Assembly: GCA_964595925.1 (NCBI GenBank) | Contig: CAZQSG010000001.1 | Coordinates: forward strand, 27,437 to 81,037 | Direction of reading: 5' to 3' | Source of the DNA: an uncultured Anaerolineaceae bacterium | Lineage (GTDB): Bacteria; Chloroflexota; Anaerolineae; Anaerolineales; Anaerolineaceae | DNA: 53,601 nt | Shown here: one piece after another, positions 1 to 10,500 of the stretch | Position numbering within the stretch: position 1 is the stretch's first letter | Layout of the letters: the number at the start of each line of letters is the position of its first letter | Made by a program: the position numbers and the translations under genes | The notes under the pieces: model-generated | The model's input: only the letters and a program-made list of their open reading frames with translations | The model's database searches: none | Told to the model about the DNA's origin: nothing

Positions 1-201
1 TTGACAATGTTAACCTATCATCAAAAAGCTAACAGGTTTGATGCTGATTACTGGATTAAAGGATTATCCCGTTAGTGTCTGTGGATAAAGTGCGAGGTAT
101 GCGTAGGGTACTCTGTATTCACGAGAACATCATGACGGGGTAAAATAATAGTGGTGTGTTCAAATTTCTTTTAAAAAAGGTATAAGGTATACTTGACATT
201 T

Positions 202-2004
202 ATGACGACCCATATTCGTAATTTTTGTATAATTGCACATATTGATCACGGCAAGTCAACACTGGCTGATCGACTATTACAACTGACTGGTACGATTTCT
301 GAACGGGAAATGACCAACCAGGTACTTGACACAATGGATCTGGAGCGTGAAAAAGGGGTTACGATTAAGGATTCTGCAGTTCGAATGGTGTATCATGCGA
401 AGGATGGAAAAGAGTATCATTTAAATCTTATCGATACACCCGGGCATGTAGACTTTAGCTATGAGGTGAGCAGGGCTTTGTATGCCTGCGAGGGAGCCAT
501 TTTAATCGTTGATGCGACGCAAGGGATTGAAGCGCAGACATTAGCTAATTTGTATCTGGCACTTGAAGCGGATTTAGAGATCATCCCTGTGATTAATAAA
601 ATTGATCTTATTTCTGCGCAGCCTGATTCTGTAGCAGAGGCTATCAGTAATTTATTGGGAATGGACGCAGACAGCATAATTCGAATTTCAGCCAAAGATG
701 GGGTGAATATCGAAGCCGTACTTGAGGCTGTCGTTGAAAAAGTACCACCTCCCAGAGGAAATCCTAATGCGCCTTTGAAAGCGCTTGTTTTTGATTCTCA
801 CTACGATTCATATAAAGGAGCTATTGCATATATCCGTATTGTTGAAGGGCAGATGAAAGAAACTGATGTTTTACTGGCAATGACGACTAAAACAATCATT
901 AAACCAATAGAAATCGGATATTTCTCTCCAACAATGGAACCAACAGAAATGTTGGATAATTCAGAAGTTGGGTATATTGCTACTGGTTTGAAAACAGTTT
1001 CTGAGTGCAGGGTTGGTGACACGATCACGTTGGCAAAATCACCGGCAGAGGAAAAATTACCCGGGTATCAGAAAGTGAAACCAATGGTGTATGCAGGAAT
1101 TTATCCTGTTGAAGGAGAAGATTATGCGATTCTGAAGGATTCGCTTGCCAAACTGCAATTAAATGATGCATCATTGATTTACGAGCCAGAGACATCCCAG
1201 GCTTTAAATTTCGGTTTTCGATGTGGTTTTTTGGGTCTTTTTCATATGGATATCATTCAAGAGCGTTTGGAACGGGAATACGACCTAGACATTGTTATCA
1301 CAGCGCCTTCTGTTGAATACGAGGTAGAACTCCGTACTGGTAAAGTGATTGCATTGGCATCTCCCGCAGATCTTCCCGATGAAGGAGAAATAACTGAGAT
1401 TCGTGAACCCTGGATGCGGCTTCAAATTTTTACTCCTACTGAATACTATGGTTCAGTGATGGAGCTTGTTACAAAGAGACGGGGCACGTTTGTTGAGCAG
1501 GAATATCCTGCACCAAACCGCGTACAATTAGTCTATGAAATTCCATTGTCAGAAATAATTGTGGATTTCTTCGATGAACTGAAATCACGGACACGTGGTT
1601 ATGCTTCTATGGATTATCAATTCAAAGAGTATCGAAAGGGGGATCTGGTAAAGCTCGAAATTATGGTTTCAGGCGAACCGGTCGATGCTTTATCTACTAT
1701 TGTTCATCGTGAAGATGCCTATCATCGGGGGCAGTCGCTAGTCACTAAATTGAAGAAACTGATTCCAAGGCAGATGTTTCTTGTTGCTATTCAGGCGTAT
1801 TCTCAAGGGCGTGTGATTTCTCGCGCTAATGTGAAAGCTCTTCGAAAGGATGTATTGACCAAATGTTATGGCGGTGACATTTCACGAAAGCGGAAACTGC
1901 TTGAGAAGCAGAAAAAAGGGAAGAAGCGCATGAAGAAAGTGGGGAATGTTGAGATACCGCAAGAAGCTTTCATGGCTGTTCTAAGATTAGGGGATAAAAA
2001 ATGA
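202..2004 (+). CDS. lepA: Translation elongation factor 4 (LepA), GTPase
   Basis: N-terminus [25 protein letters not shown] carries the G1 motif. DTPGHVDF (G3) and NKID (G4) are present, and the ~600 aa length with a basic C-terminal tail is typical of EF4. ATG at 202 is preferred over the in-frame TTG at 193 because homologues start about 5 residues before IRNF. Confidence 0.95.
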   Translation: MTTHIRNFCIIAHIDHGKSTLADRLLQLTGTISEREMTNQVLDTMDLEREKGVTIKDSAVRMVYHAKDGKEYHLNLIDTPGHVDFSYEVSRALYACEGAILIVDATQGIEAQTLANLYLALEADLEIIPVINKIDLISAQPDSVAEAISNLLGMDADSIIRISAKDGVNIEAVLEAVVEKVPPPRGNPNAPLKALVFDSHYDSYKGAIAYIRIVEGQMKETDVLLAMTTKTIIKPIEIGYFSPTMEPTEMLDNSEVGYIATGLKTVSECRVGDTITLAKSPAEEKLPGYQKVKPMVYAGIYPVEGEDYAILKDSLAKLQLNDASLIYEPETSQALNFGFRCGFLGLFHMDIIQERLEREYDLDIVITAPSVEYEVELRTGKVIALASPADLPDEGEITEIREPWMRLQIFTPTEYYGSVMELVTKRRGTFVEQEYPAPNRVQLVYEIPLSEIIVDFFDELKSRTRGYASMDYQFKEYRKGDLVKLEIMVSGEPVDALSTIVHREDAYHRGQSLVTKLKKLIPRQMFLVAIQAYSQGRVISRANVKALRKDVLTKCYGGDISRKRKLLEKQKKGKKRMKKVGNVEIPQEAFMAVLRLGDKK

Positions 2005-3011
2005 GCAAAATCGGCTTTTTCCGTAAGAACCTGATTAAATGGGTGCCAGGGGTATTATTATCGCTAATTGCTATTCTCTTTATGATATTTGCATTAGACT
2101 GGACAGGGTTTTCAACAGCGCTTAAGTCTGTGCAGTTGGTGCCTATGATATTACTTTTTTGCCTGGCAGTTCTGTCAGTTTTTTTTCGCGGTATCGCATG
2201 GCATTTTTTGCTAAGGCGAGAAGCAAGCATTGTTGATTCATTTCTTATTGAGAATGTTGGGTATCTGCTCAATAATTTTTTACCTTTACGGATGGGAGAA
2301 GTAGGCAGGGCTATCCTTATGGGACAAAAAACAGGAAAGGGTTTTTTTGAAACACTCTCAACGATTGTAATTGAACGTTTTTTTGATATTTGTTTTGCTG
2401 GAATTACTTTATTAATTGCCCTCCCTTTCTTAATTGACACGGATTTTGGCACTTCTACTCTGTTTATCACATTTGGGATTGTGGCAGTGGGATTAGGTGT
2501 GTCTTTTTGGGCAGCAAAAAGCAAAGTTAAAATCGAGAAAAAGTTGGTGCAACTCCAAGAAAAGAAACCCATTTTTGCGAAAGTGACACCCATTGTTGTA
2601 TCTTTAGTGGATGGGCTGCAGGTTATGCTAGAACCAAAACGGTTTTTATCCTTTATTGGTATGATGATACTGACATGGCTGACTTATTGGGTTTCCTATT
2701 TCATTATTATTCGTCAATTTGTACCGGATGCTCCATTTTGGTGGGCATTGTTGGTTGATGGTGTAGTTGCCTTAGGTATTGCCATTCCTTCTGCGCCTGG
2801 CAGTCTGGGTGTGTGGGAAGCTTCATTCGTGGGTTCTTTAGCGGTCGTTGGTGTAGCTCAGAGTCAAGCGCTGACTGGAGCCATTTTGTTGCATTTAATT
2901 AATTATCTCAATTCAGGAATTTTTGGGTTGATTGGTTTGATTCGTTATGGCCGATCATTTTCAGATTTGTTCTCTGAAATTCAATTAAGAAAAAATCAAT
3001 CTGATAAGTAA
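2001..3011 (+). CDS. Flippase-like / lysylphosphatidylglycerol-synthase-TM-region family (UPF0104, PF03706-like) polytopic membrane protein
   Basis: 336 aa with ~8 predicted TM helices. The stretch [11 protein letters not shown]...[17 protein letters not shown]...IVIERFFDI matches my recollection of the PF03706 signature (RW..ll, P.R.GE..R, ER..D). The ATG overlaps the lepA stop (ATGA). Confidence 0.7.
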   Translation: MSKIGFFRKNLIKWVPGVLLSLIAILFMIFALDWTGFSTALKSVQLVPMILLFCLAVLSVFFRGIAWHFLLRREASIVDSFLIENVGYLLNNFLPLRMGEVGRAILMGQKTGKGFFETLSTIVIERFFDICFAGITLLIALPFLIDTDFGTSTLFITFGIVAVGLGVSFWAAKSKVKIEKKLVQLQEKKPIFAKVTPIVVSLVDGLQVMLEPKRFLSFIGMMILTWLTYWVSYFIIIRQFVPDAPFWWALLVDGVVALGIAIPSAPGSLGVWEASFVGSLAVVGVAQSQALTGAILLHLINYLNSGIFGLIGLIRYGRSFSDLFSEIQLRKNQSDK

Positions 3012-3030
3012 GTTTTATTAAGGAGATATT

Positions 3031-4071
3031 ATGAGAAAATCAAAATACCTCATCACTGGTGGAGCTGGTTTCATTGGTTCAAATTTTGTATCGAGATTAA
3101 TCAAACGCGGCGAAGCTGTTACCGTTTTTGATAACTTATCAAGAAAGGGCACTGAACGGAATCTATCCTGGCTTCAAAAAACCTATGGTATCCATTCTTT
3201 TCGTTTAATTCAAAAGGATATTCGTGATGCCGAAGCTGTTCGTCTCGCAGCACAAGAAGCAGATATTATTATTCACCTGGCAGGACAGGTGGCTGTTACA
3301 ACTTCCGTGATTGATCCTCGAGAAGATTTTGAGATCAATGCAGGAGGGACATTTAACGTACTGGAAGGTGCAAGACTTTCTAATAACCGGCCTGTGGTTC
3401 TGTATGCTTCCACCAACAAGGTATATGGCGGAATGGAAACAGTGGATGTTCGTGAGGGAGATACTTCTTATTATTATGCTGATTTTCCGCAAGGAATTCC
3501 AGAAACGCAGAATTTAGATTTTCATTCGCCTTATGGCTGCTCAAAAGGGACCGGCGATCAATATGTTCGGGATTACGCACGTATCTATGATCTGCCTACT
3601 GTCGTTTTTCGGCAGAGCTGTATTTATGGTCCTCGACAATTTGGTATTGAAGATCAAGGATGGGTAGCCTGGTTTGTTATTGCTGCCCTGACGGATAAGA
3701 ATATTACGATCTTTGGCGATGGGAAACAAGTTCGGGATGTTCTGTTTGTTGAAGATCTGCTGGATGCTTATGATGCAGCCATCGAAAATATAGATACAGC
3801 TGCTGGTCAGGTATATAATGTGGGCGGCGGGCCAGAAAATACGATGTCGATATGGGTAGAGTTCCAGAAATATCTTGAAGAATTACTGGGCAAGAAGATT
3901 GAAGTTGCTCAAGATGACTGGCGTCCAGGGGATCAATTTATATATGTCTCTGATATTCGGAAAGCGCAAAAAGAATTGGGATGGGCTCCTACTCACTCTG
4001 TTTCTGACGGGCTCGAAAAATTATTTAATTGGGTGAAAGAGAACAGCTATCTCTTCATTGAGGATAATTAA
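3031..4071 (+). CDS. NAD-dependent sugar-nucleotide epimerase, CDP-paratose 2-epimerase (RfbE/tyvelose epimerase)-like SDR
   Basis: Rossmann motif ITGGAGFIGSNF. The blocks FDNLSRKG, HLAGQVAVTTS, FEINAGGT, STNKVYG, LDFHSPYGCSKG, DQYVRDYARIY, TVVFRQSCIYGPRQFG, DQGWVAWF and GDGKQVRDVL align block for block with Salmonella CDP-paratose 2-epimerase as I remember it. Confidence 0.8.
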   Translation: MRKSKYLITGGAGFIGSNFVSRLIKRGEAVTVFDNLSRKGTERNLSWLQKTYGIHSFRLIQKDIRDAEAVRLAAQEADIIIHLAGQVAVTTSVIDPREDFEINAGGTFNVLEGARLSNNRPVVLYASTNKVYGGMETVDVREGDTSYYYADFPQGIPETQNLDFHSPYGCSKGTGDQYVRDYARIYDLPTVVFRQSCIYGPRQFGIEDQGWVAWFVIAALTDKNITIFGDGKQVRDVLFVEDLLDAYDAAIENIDTAAGQVYNVGGGPENTMSIWVEFQKYLEELLGKKIEVAQDDWRPGDQFIYVSDIRKAQKELGWAPTHSVSDGLEKLFNWVKENSYLFIEDN

Positions 4072-4073
4072 AA

Positions 4074-5240
4074 ATGCGCATACTTGTAATGCTGACGTAT
4101 TACAGACCTCATACAAGCGGTTTAACAATCTATGCTGAACGATTGAGCAGGGCGTTCGCAAAACGCGGGCATCAAGTTACAGTTTTAACATCACAATTCG
4201 ACCCAAGCACTCCGCTGGAAGAAGTATCGGAAGGGGTACGGATTATGCGTGTTCCTGTTTTATTTCGAATCAGCAAAGGTGTCTTCATGCCAAAATTAGG
4301 CCGAATGGCAACGAGGCTGGTGAAGGAAAATGATGTAATTCAACTTCATCTACCCCAGTTTGATGCTGCAGGGGTCTCTCTCCGAGGGCGTATGTGGCAT
4401 AAACCAACCGTAATTACTTATCATTGTGATCTAGACATGCCCCACGATATTATCAGTCAGACAGCGAATATTGTGATCAATGTTGCAAACTGGATAGCGG
4501 CACTCTTCACACATCGATTTGTAGCCTATACTGAAGATTTTAGGGATCATTCACCATACTTGAGTCGGAATAAACAAAAGGTTAAAGTTATTCAACCGCC
4601 GGTGGTGATGCCAAAAGCCGCAATAGCAGATGTGGAACAGTTTGGAAAGAAACATTCCGTAGAAGATCACTATCCGATCATTGGCATGGCAACCCGATTT
4701 GCAACTGAAAAAGGTGTGGAAGTGCTTCTGGAATCTCTTCCTTCTGTGATAGACAAATATCCAAACGCAAAGGTGCTCTATGCTGGAACTTATCAGAACG
4801 TGATGGGTGAGAAAAAATACTTTGACCGTTTATATCCTGTGATTGAAAAATATGAGAAGAAGGGCCAGTGGGAGTTCTTGGGCATTCTTACCCCAAAAGA
4901 AATGGCGATGTTTTATCCAAACCTGGATATGTTAGTTATTCCAAGTTTAAACTCGACAGAATCTTTTGGCCTTGTGCAAATTGAGGCAATGATTAATGGA
5001 ACACCTTGCATTGCATCTGCACTACCGGGGGTTCGTCAACCAGTCTATCAGCATGAAATGGGGAAAGTTGTACCGATTGGTGATCATCAGGCCTTGTCTG
5101 AGGCAATATTGGAGGTTGCTGATCATAAAGAAAATTATCTAAGGGATCCAGAACCAATTCGGGAGCATTACAACCCCGAAATAGTCGCGGAGGCCTACGA
5201 AAAATTATTTATTGAAATTGATAGGGAGTTGACCCAGTAA
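4074..5240 (+). CDS. Glycosyltransferase family 4 (GT-B fold, WbuB-like)
   Basis: 388 aa. N-terminal YYRPHTSGLTIY is typical of GT4. The C-terminal E-x7-E region is SESFGLVQIEAMINGTPCIAS. It starts 2 nt after the epimerase stop. Confidence 0.8.
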   Translation: MRILVMLTYYRPHTSGLTIYAERLSRAFAKRGHQVTVLTSQFDPSTPLEEVSEGVRIMRVPVLFRISKGVFMPKLGRMATRLVKENDVIQLHLPQFDAAGVSLRGRMWHKPTVITYHCDLDMPHDIISQTANIVINVANWIAALFTHRFVAYTEDFRDHSPYLSRNKQKVKVIQPPVVMPKAAIADVEQFGKKHSVEDHYPIIGMATRFATEKGVEVLLESLPSVIDKYPNAKVLYAGTYQNVMGEKKYFDRLYPVIEKYEKKGQWEFLGILTPKEMAMFYPNLDMLVIPSLNSTESFGLVQIEAMINGTPCIASALPGVRQPVYQHEMGKVVPIGDHQALSEAILEVADHKENYLRDPEPIREHYNPEIVAEAYEKLFIEIDRELTQ

Positions 5241-5379
5241 GGTGGATTCGTACCAACCAGAATGAATTGAGTTTTTTGAAAATTCTTGTTTAACAAAAAA
5301 AATATATCAATTCAGCTTTCTATCTCTACAATTTTTATGCGACAATTACTGAAAATCTAGAAAGAAAGGTGTTCTGCAC

Positions 5380-7554
5380 ATGCATGAGCCAAGTGTACTT
5401 GATTATTTCCTCGCAAAGATTCAGTTTTGGAAAAAATCTGCTGTTGATTTTGAATTATTTTTAGCTGATAAACCTCAAGAGATTGACGATGGAGAACTGC
5501 TAAATTTCGAACAGCAGGTGCTTTATGAAAACCAGGCAGGCGAGCTTTCCACTTCCACTGTTTTAAAGAAGGAATCTCTCTTTGAACTCTCTTTGGCGTG
5601 GAAATTCATTGCTGCACTGATTTTTGCAATTGCTGGACAGAGCATGATGGAGCTCTCTGATCCCAATATAGCTATCGCTATTTTTCTATATAGTTTTTCT
5701 TTACTCTTTATTCTATGGGCGTTTGTTAAAAAGGAATTAATTTTACCCGTTATGTCTTCCTCGGATGTCGAGGATGCGAGTGATTCATTTCATCTGGGTT
5801 CCCTTTTAATTAGTCTTCCTTTTCTCCTTGCGGCATTTATTACTTTTCGCGACAATAGATTCACACTGCTCAATCTGTTTCTCTGGCTTGTCGCAATTAT
5901 CCTGATAATCCATTCAGTTTGGATTCCAAACAAGAAATGGAGTCTGAAAAAATTCTTAACTGAAATTCAAAAAATTTTCAGTCGGTCTGCTGTTAATTTA
6001 AAAATTTCCTGGTGGAAAATCCTGCTCCTCTTTGTTGCAATAGTGGCTATCTTTTTCAGGTTCTATCAACTCGACTCTGTTCCGGGTGAGATGTTTAGTG
6101 ATCACGCAGAAAAATTATGGGATGTACAGGATGTGTTGGACGGACAATTTTCCATCTATTTCCCTAGAAATACTGGTCGGGAAGCATTTCAGATGTATTT
6201 GACTGCCTTTATATCGCAATTTCTTGGTACAGGAATTTCGTTTTTAAGCTTAAAGATAGGCACCGCTCTTTGTGGGTTGGTGATGCTTCCCTATATTTAC
6301 CTTATTGGGAAAGAACTAGGTAATAAATGGGTGGGATTATTTGCATTAATTTTCGCCAGTTTTGCTTATTGGCCGAATGTGATTGCACGAGTAGGTTTAA
6401 GATTTATTTTAACTGCCTTTTTTGCTGCACCTACGATGTATTACCTTTTACGTGGTTTACGTCGTCATCGGCGGAACGATTTTATCCTTTGCGGCGTTTT
6501 CTTGGGGTTGGGATTACATGGGTATAGCTCTTCACGCTTTGTTCCAGTTTTGATATTAGTGGCAGCCGGGATTTATTGGCTGCATCAGAAACGAGCAAGC
6601 CTTAAGCGCAACAAGGTGCTGGGAGCTGTGTTAATCATCGCCCTTGTCTCGTTTGTAATTTTTCTTCCTTTGTTTCGGTATTCACTTTCTTCCCCTGATA
6701 TGTTTACCTATCGGATGAGAACGAGAATAGGAACTGCCGAAGCAGAATATCCTGGTTCACCTTTCTTAATTTTCCTTGACAATTTTTTTGATGCAAGTGT
6801 CATGATGTGGTTTGATAATGGTGGTACATGGGTGCATAGTGTTGTCTCTCGTCCCGCATTAGATTTGATAACCGCAGTTTTCTACTTTTTTGGGTTATTA
6901 TTCATAATTCTTCGTTATATTAAGAAACGAAATTGGGAAGATTTATTTCTCTTAATTTCTATCCCTGTTTTATTGATGCCTTCCATATTATCTTTGGCAT
7001 TTCCGGGTGAAAATCCATGCTTGAATCGAACTTCTGCGGCAATTGTTCCGGTCTTCCTGGTGGCAGGAATTGGAATGGAAGGTCTGCTTTCAAACATGCA
7101 CCGACACTTTAAAACGAAACGTAAAACGATTCTTATTGGTTTTATCGCAGTGCTTTTACTTCTTTGGTCGGCTGGTTTGAATTATGATCTGGTGTTCAAT
7201 CAATATAAAGAGCAGTATATGGCTAATGCATGGAATACCAGCGATCTTGGGTCAGTAATTAAGGGATTCACTGATTCTGTAGGAAATCCTGAAGCTGCCT
7301 ATGTAGTACCATATGCTTATTGGGTTGATACCCGGTTGGTGGGGATCAACGCGGGGTACCCGCGGACAGACTATGCGCTTTGGCGTGATGGTATTCCAGC
7401 TACATTAGACCAAAAGGGTCCCAAATTGTTCCTGTTCAAACCTGAAGATGAGGAAACAATGCAGGCTTTGTTTGAGTCTTATCCAACAGGTCAATTGAAG
7501 CTCTATGATGACCAATATGAAGGCAGAGATTTTTATATATTCCTGACCCAATAA
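5380..7554 (+). CDS. Large polytopic membrane protein, GT-C-like (ArnT/PMT_2-like) putative glycosyltransferase
   Basis: 724 aa with >12 predicted TM helices. An acidic motif sits in the first extracytoplasmic loop after an RFYQLD helix end (PGEMFSDHAEKLWD). A C-terminal soluble domain of ~110 aa follows. SD GAAAGGTG lies upstream of the ATG. The family call rests on topology and motif only. Confidence 0.55.
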   Translation: MHEPSVLDYFLAKIQFWKKSAVDFELFLADKPQEIDDGELLNFEQQVLYENQAGELSTSTVLKKESLFELSLAWKFIAALIFAIAGQSMMELSDPNIAIAIFLYSFSLLFILWAFVKKELILPVMSSSDVEDASDSFHLGSLLISLPFLLAAFITFRDNRFTLLNLFLWLVAIILIIHSVWIPNKKWSLKKFLTEIQKIFSRSAVNLKISWWKILLLFVAIVAIFFRFYQLDSVPGEMFSDHAEKLWDVQDVLDGQFSIYFPRNTGREAFQMYLTAFISQFLGTGISFLSLKIGTALCGLVMLPYIYLIGKELGNKWVGLFALIFASFAYWPNVIARVGLRFILTAFFAAPTMYYLLRGLRRHRRNDFILCGVFLGLGLHGYSSSRFVPVLILVAAGIYWLHQKRASLKRNKVLGAVLIIALVSFVIFLPLFRYSLSSPDMFTYRMRTRIGTAEAEYPGSPFLIFLDNFFDASVMMWFDNGGTWVHSVVSRPALDLITAVFYFFGLLFIILRYIKKRNWEDLFLLISIPVLLMPSILSLAFPGENPCLNRTSAAIVPVFLVAGIGMEGLLSNMHRHFKTKRKTILIGFIAVLLLLWSAGLNYDLVFNQYKEQYMANAWNTSDLGSVIKGFTDSVGNPEAAYVVPYAYWVDTRLVGINAGYPRTDYALWRDGIPATLDQKGPKLFLFKPEDEETMQALFESYPTGQLKLYDDQYEGRDFYIFLTQ

Positions 7555-7569
7555 TTAAAGGACGCGAAT

Positions 7570-10500
7570 ATGTCAATTGAAGAACAAAAACATCAAAATA
7601 GCCCGATAGAAAAAAACAGCCTTTCTGCTGAATCACAACAAAAACAGCACAAAAGTCAATGGATATGGACAGTCGTCCTAATACTCGTTCTTGCTGCCGG
7701 TGGATACGTGAGAACGGTTGGGATGGATTGGGATGATCATGAACATCTTCATCCTGATGAACGGTTCTTGACATTTGTGGTTTCTTCAATTCATCCGAAT
7801 GAAAACCCGGCGGATTTCTTCAATACTTCGAAATCAACAATGAATCCAAATAATGTGGGCTATGGGTTCTTCGTTTATGGAACACTGCCGCTGTTTATTG
7901 TACGTGCTGCTGCGGATCAATTATCGGTTACTGGTTGGGATATGTATCTGGTTGGTAGATATGTATCAGCGATCTTTGATATATTGACCATTTTGATTAC
8001 TTATTTGATCGGCTATAAGCTTTTTAAGAAGGAGTGGGTTGCTGTTTTGGGAGCTGCTTTTTATGCTTGTGCTGTGTTGCCAATCCAGCTTTCTCATTAT
8101 TTTACTGTTGATATTCAAGCAAATTTTTTCAGTATGACAGCTTTCTATTTTGCTGTTGTGGCAATGCGCCAAAAACGTAAGCTAAATAGAAAAAATGATG
8201 AAGAGTATGAAACCTATGAGGGTGATAAAAAACCCTTAACCGATGAGTTAATACTGTGGGTTACTGGCAGATGGGAGGAAGCCATTCCATATCTTCTGTT
8301 CGGGGTTTTCTATGGCCTGGCAATGGCGAGTAAAGTTAGTGTTCTGCCAATCGCGGCATTAATTGCAATTGCAGCAATCGTATCTTATATGGGTTTATCG
8401 AATGAGGACCGTAAAGAAGCACTCCCCTTTCTTATACGAAATGTATTATTAGCTGCGGTTGTTTCAGTGATTATATTTCGTATTGGACAACCTTACGCAT
8501 TTCAGGGACCCGGATTCTTCGGAATACTGCCTAACAAAGATTGGATCAATGATTTAACGAGTTTGAGCGGACAAGCAAAAGGACTGGTAGATTTTCCTCC
8601 AGCTTTACAATGGTCACGCAGACCACTTAGTTTTGGTTTTACTAATTTGATTCGATGGGGGCTTGGGCTACCGTTGGGAATATGGGCGTGGATCAGTTTT
8701 TTCTGGATGTTGTGGAAGATCATCCGATACCCATCCCGGCGATATCTGGGTTTGCTCTGGCTGTTTACTGCGGCATATTTCGTCTGGCAATCCTTAGCCT
8801 TTAATAGTATGATGCGTTATTTTATGCAAATATATGTACCTCTTTCGTTAATTGCCGCCTGGGGATTTTCCGAATTGTTTAATCTGAAATTTCAACGAAA
8901 ATGGTTTCAATCTGGTTTTCGGATTCTTAGCCCAATTTTGTGCGTTGGTATTATTCTCTCGACCGCAGCATGGGCTTTTGCTTTTTCAAATATTTATACA
9001 AGGCCGGCAACCCGTGTAGAAGCCTCAGACTGGTACTTTCAAAACATATCAGGCCCAATCAATTTAAACGTTTTATTAGAAGATGGTGACGAAAAGCAGC
9101 AGGTACTCCCCTATGAAGCCGGGGTATTAATCAATTCAGAACGACCTCTGGTTTATTCTTTTCAGGCTGTAACAACTGGAACTATCTCTGAAATTCATTT
9201 AAGTCATATTCGTACTGAGTATTCTGATGGCGATCTATACCATGGCATCTATGCGGAGATTACCACTTCTTTCGACGAGGAAACTCCGGTTGGATATGGT
9301 GAATTGTTTACCGAGTTTCGCAAGGAAACGAATCAAATGGGAGATCCACAGACGATCTTTCTGGCTCAGCCAGCCTATATTGAGAAAGGGGAAGAATATT
9401 TTCTTACGTTAGAATCTGAGTCAGAAACTGCCAATTTGTCTATTGCTGGTTCAATTTATCTTGATATTCAACGCAGGGATGACGGTACTGATCAATTACA
9501 GGTACTGCCTGAAGCTGTCCATCGGATTACTGAAACGACACCAAAAACTTCGACTTTCACTTCGAAATATACGGGCCAACTTCGGAGTATTTCAATACCC
9601 AATATTGCTGATCATTTGGGTGTTATTTCTGAAAAAACACTGCAAATGCAGATTACGGATAGCAGTAATTTAGAAAATACAACTATTACAAAAGTGGTAA
9701 GCGATTTTCTGCCTGTGGGTGATCCGAAAGGTGAAGAATTCACATTTAACTTCAATCCCCCCCTCAATCTAATTGAAGGGAATATCTACTATCTAGACCT
9801 TTCTCTTGATGGAGACGGAAGCATTGCGATTTATGGCACAAAACAGGTAAATGAATCTTCTTGGGATGATGTTGTTCCACAGCGCCGAGATGGATATGAT
9901 CCATTTTCTGAAACAAATGGAGTTTATCGAACAGAATTGAATTTTGAAATGTATTGGGATGATAACGAGGACAAACGAGAACGTTTTTTGAATAATCTCG
10001 AAGAAGCGGACCTCATCATGATTACGTCCAGTCGCCAGTGGGCGAACACCACCAGGGTTCCAGAACGTTATCCGATGACTTCTATGTATTATCGAGAGTT
10101 GTTGGGGTGTCCTGACGGGGAGAATATTGAACGATGTTATGAAATTGCTGAACCGGGCATGTTTACAGGGAATTTAGGATTTGAATTGATTGAAGTGTTC
10201 CAATCGAATCCAAATATTGGTGATTTTGAGATCAATGATCAACCATCAGAAGAGGCTTTCACTGTTTATGATCATCCGAAAGTTCTTTTGTTTGAAAAGA
10301 CAGATGCATATGATACCGAAGCTGTGCGTCAGTTGTTCTATGCGATTGATCTTGATGCTGTGATGCATATGATTCCTGCTGAAGTTCCACAAAGAACCGC
10401 AAAGAATTTATTACTGCCTCCTGATCGATTAACTGAACAACGAGCTGGTGGTACGTGGAGCGAGTTATTTAATTCGGCATCCGTTTTAAATTCCAACCCT

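Noticed and set aside
1-192. Possible 3' end of an upstream gene or an ncRNA before lepA.
   Set aside because: All three forward frames hit stops within the first ~75 nt, and I see no convincing reverse ORF or structured element. It is treated as the lepA upstream region.
1970-2593. 207-aa ORF on the minus strand, antisense to the flippase-like gene.
   Set aside because: It lies entirely inside a well-supported plus-strand membrane-protein gene, has no SD or motifs, and its composition mirrors the sense strand. It is a typical shadow ORF.
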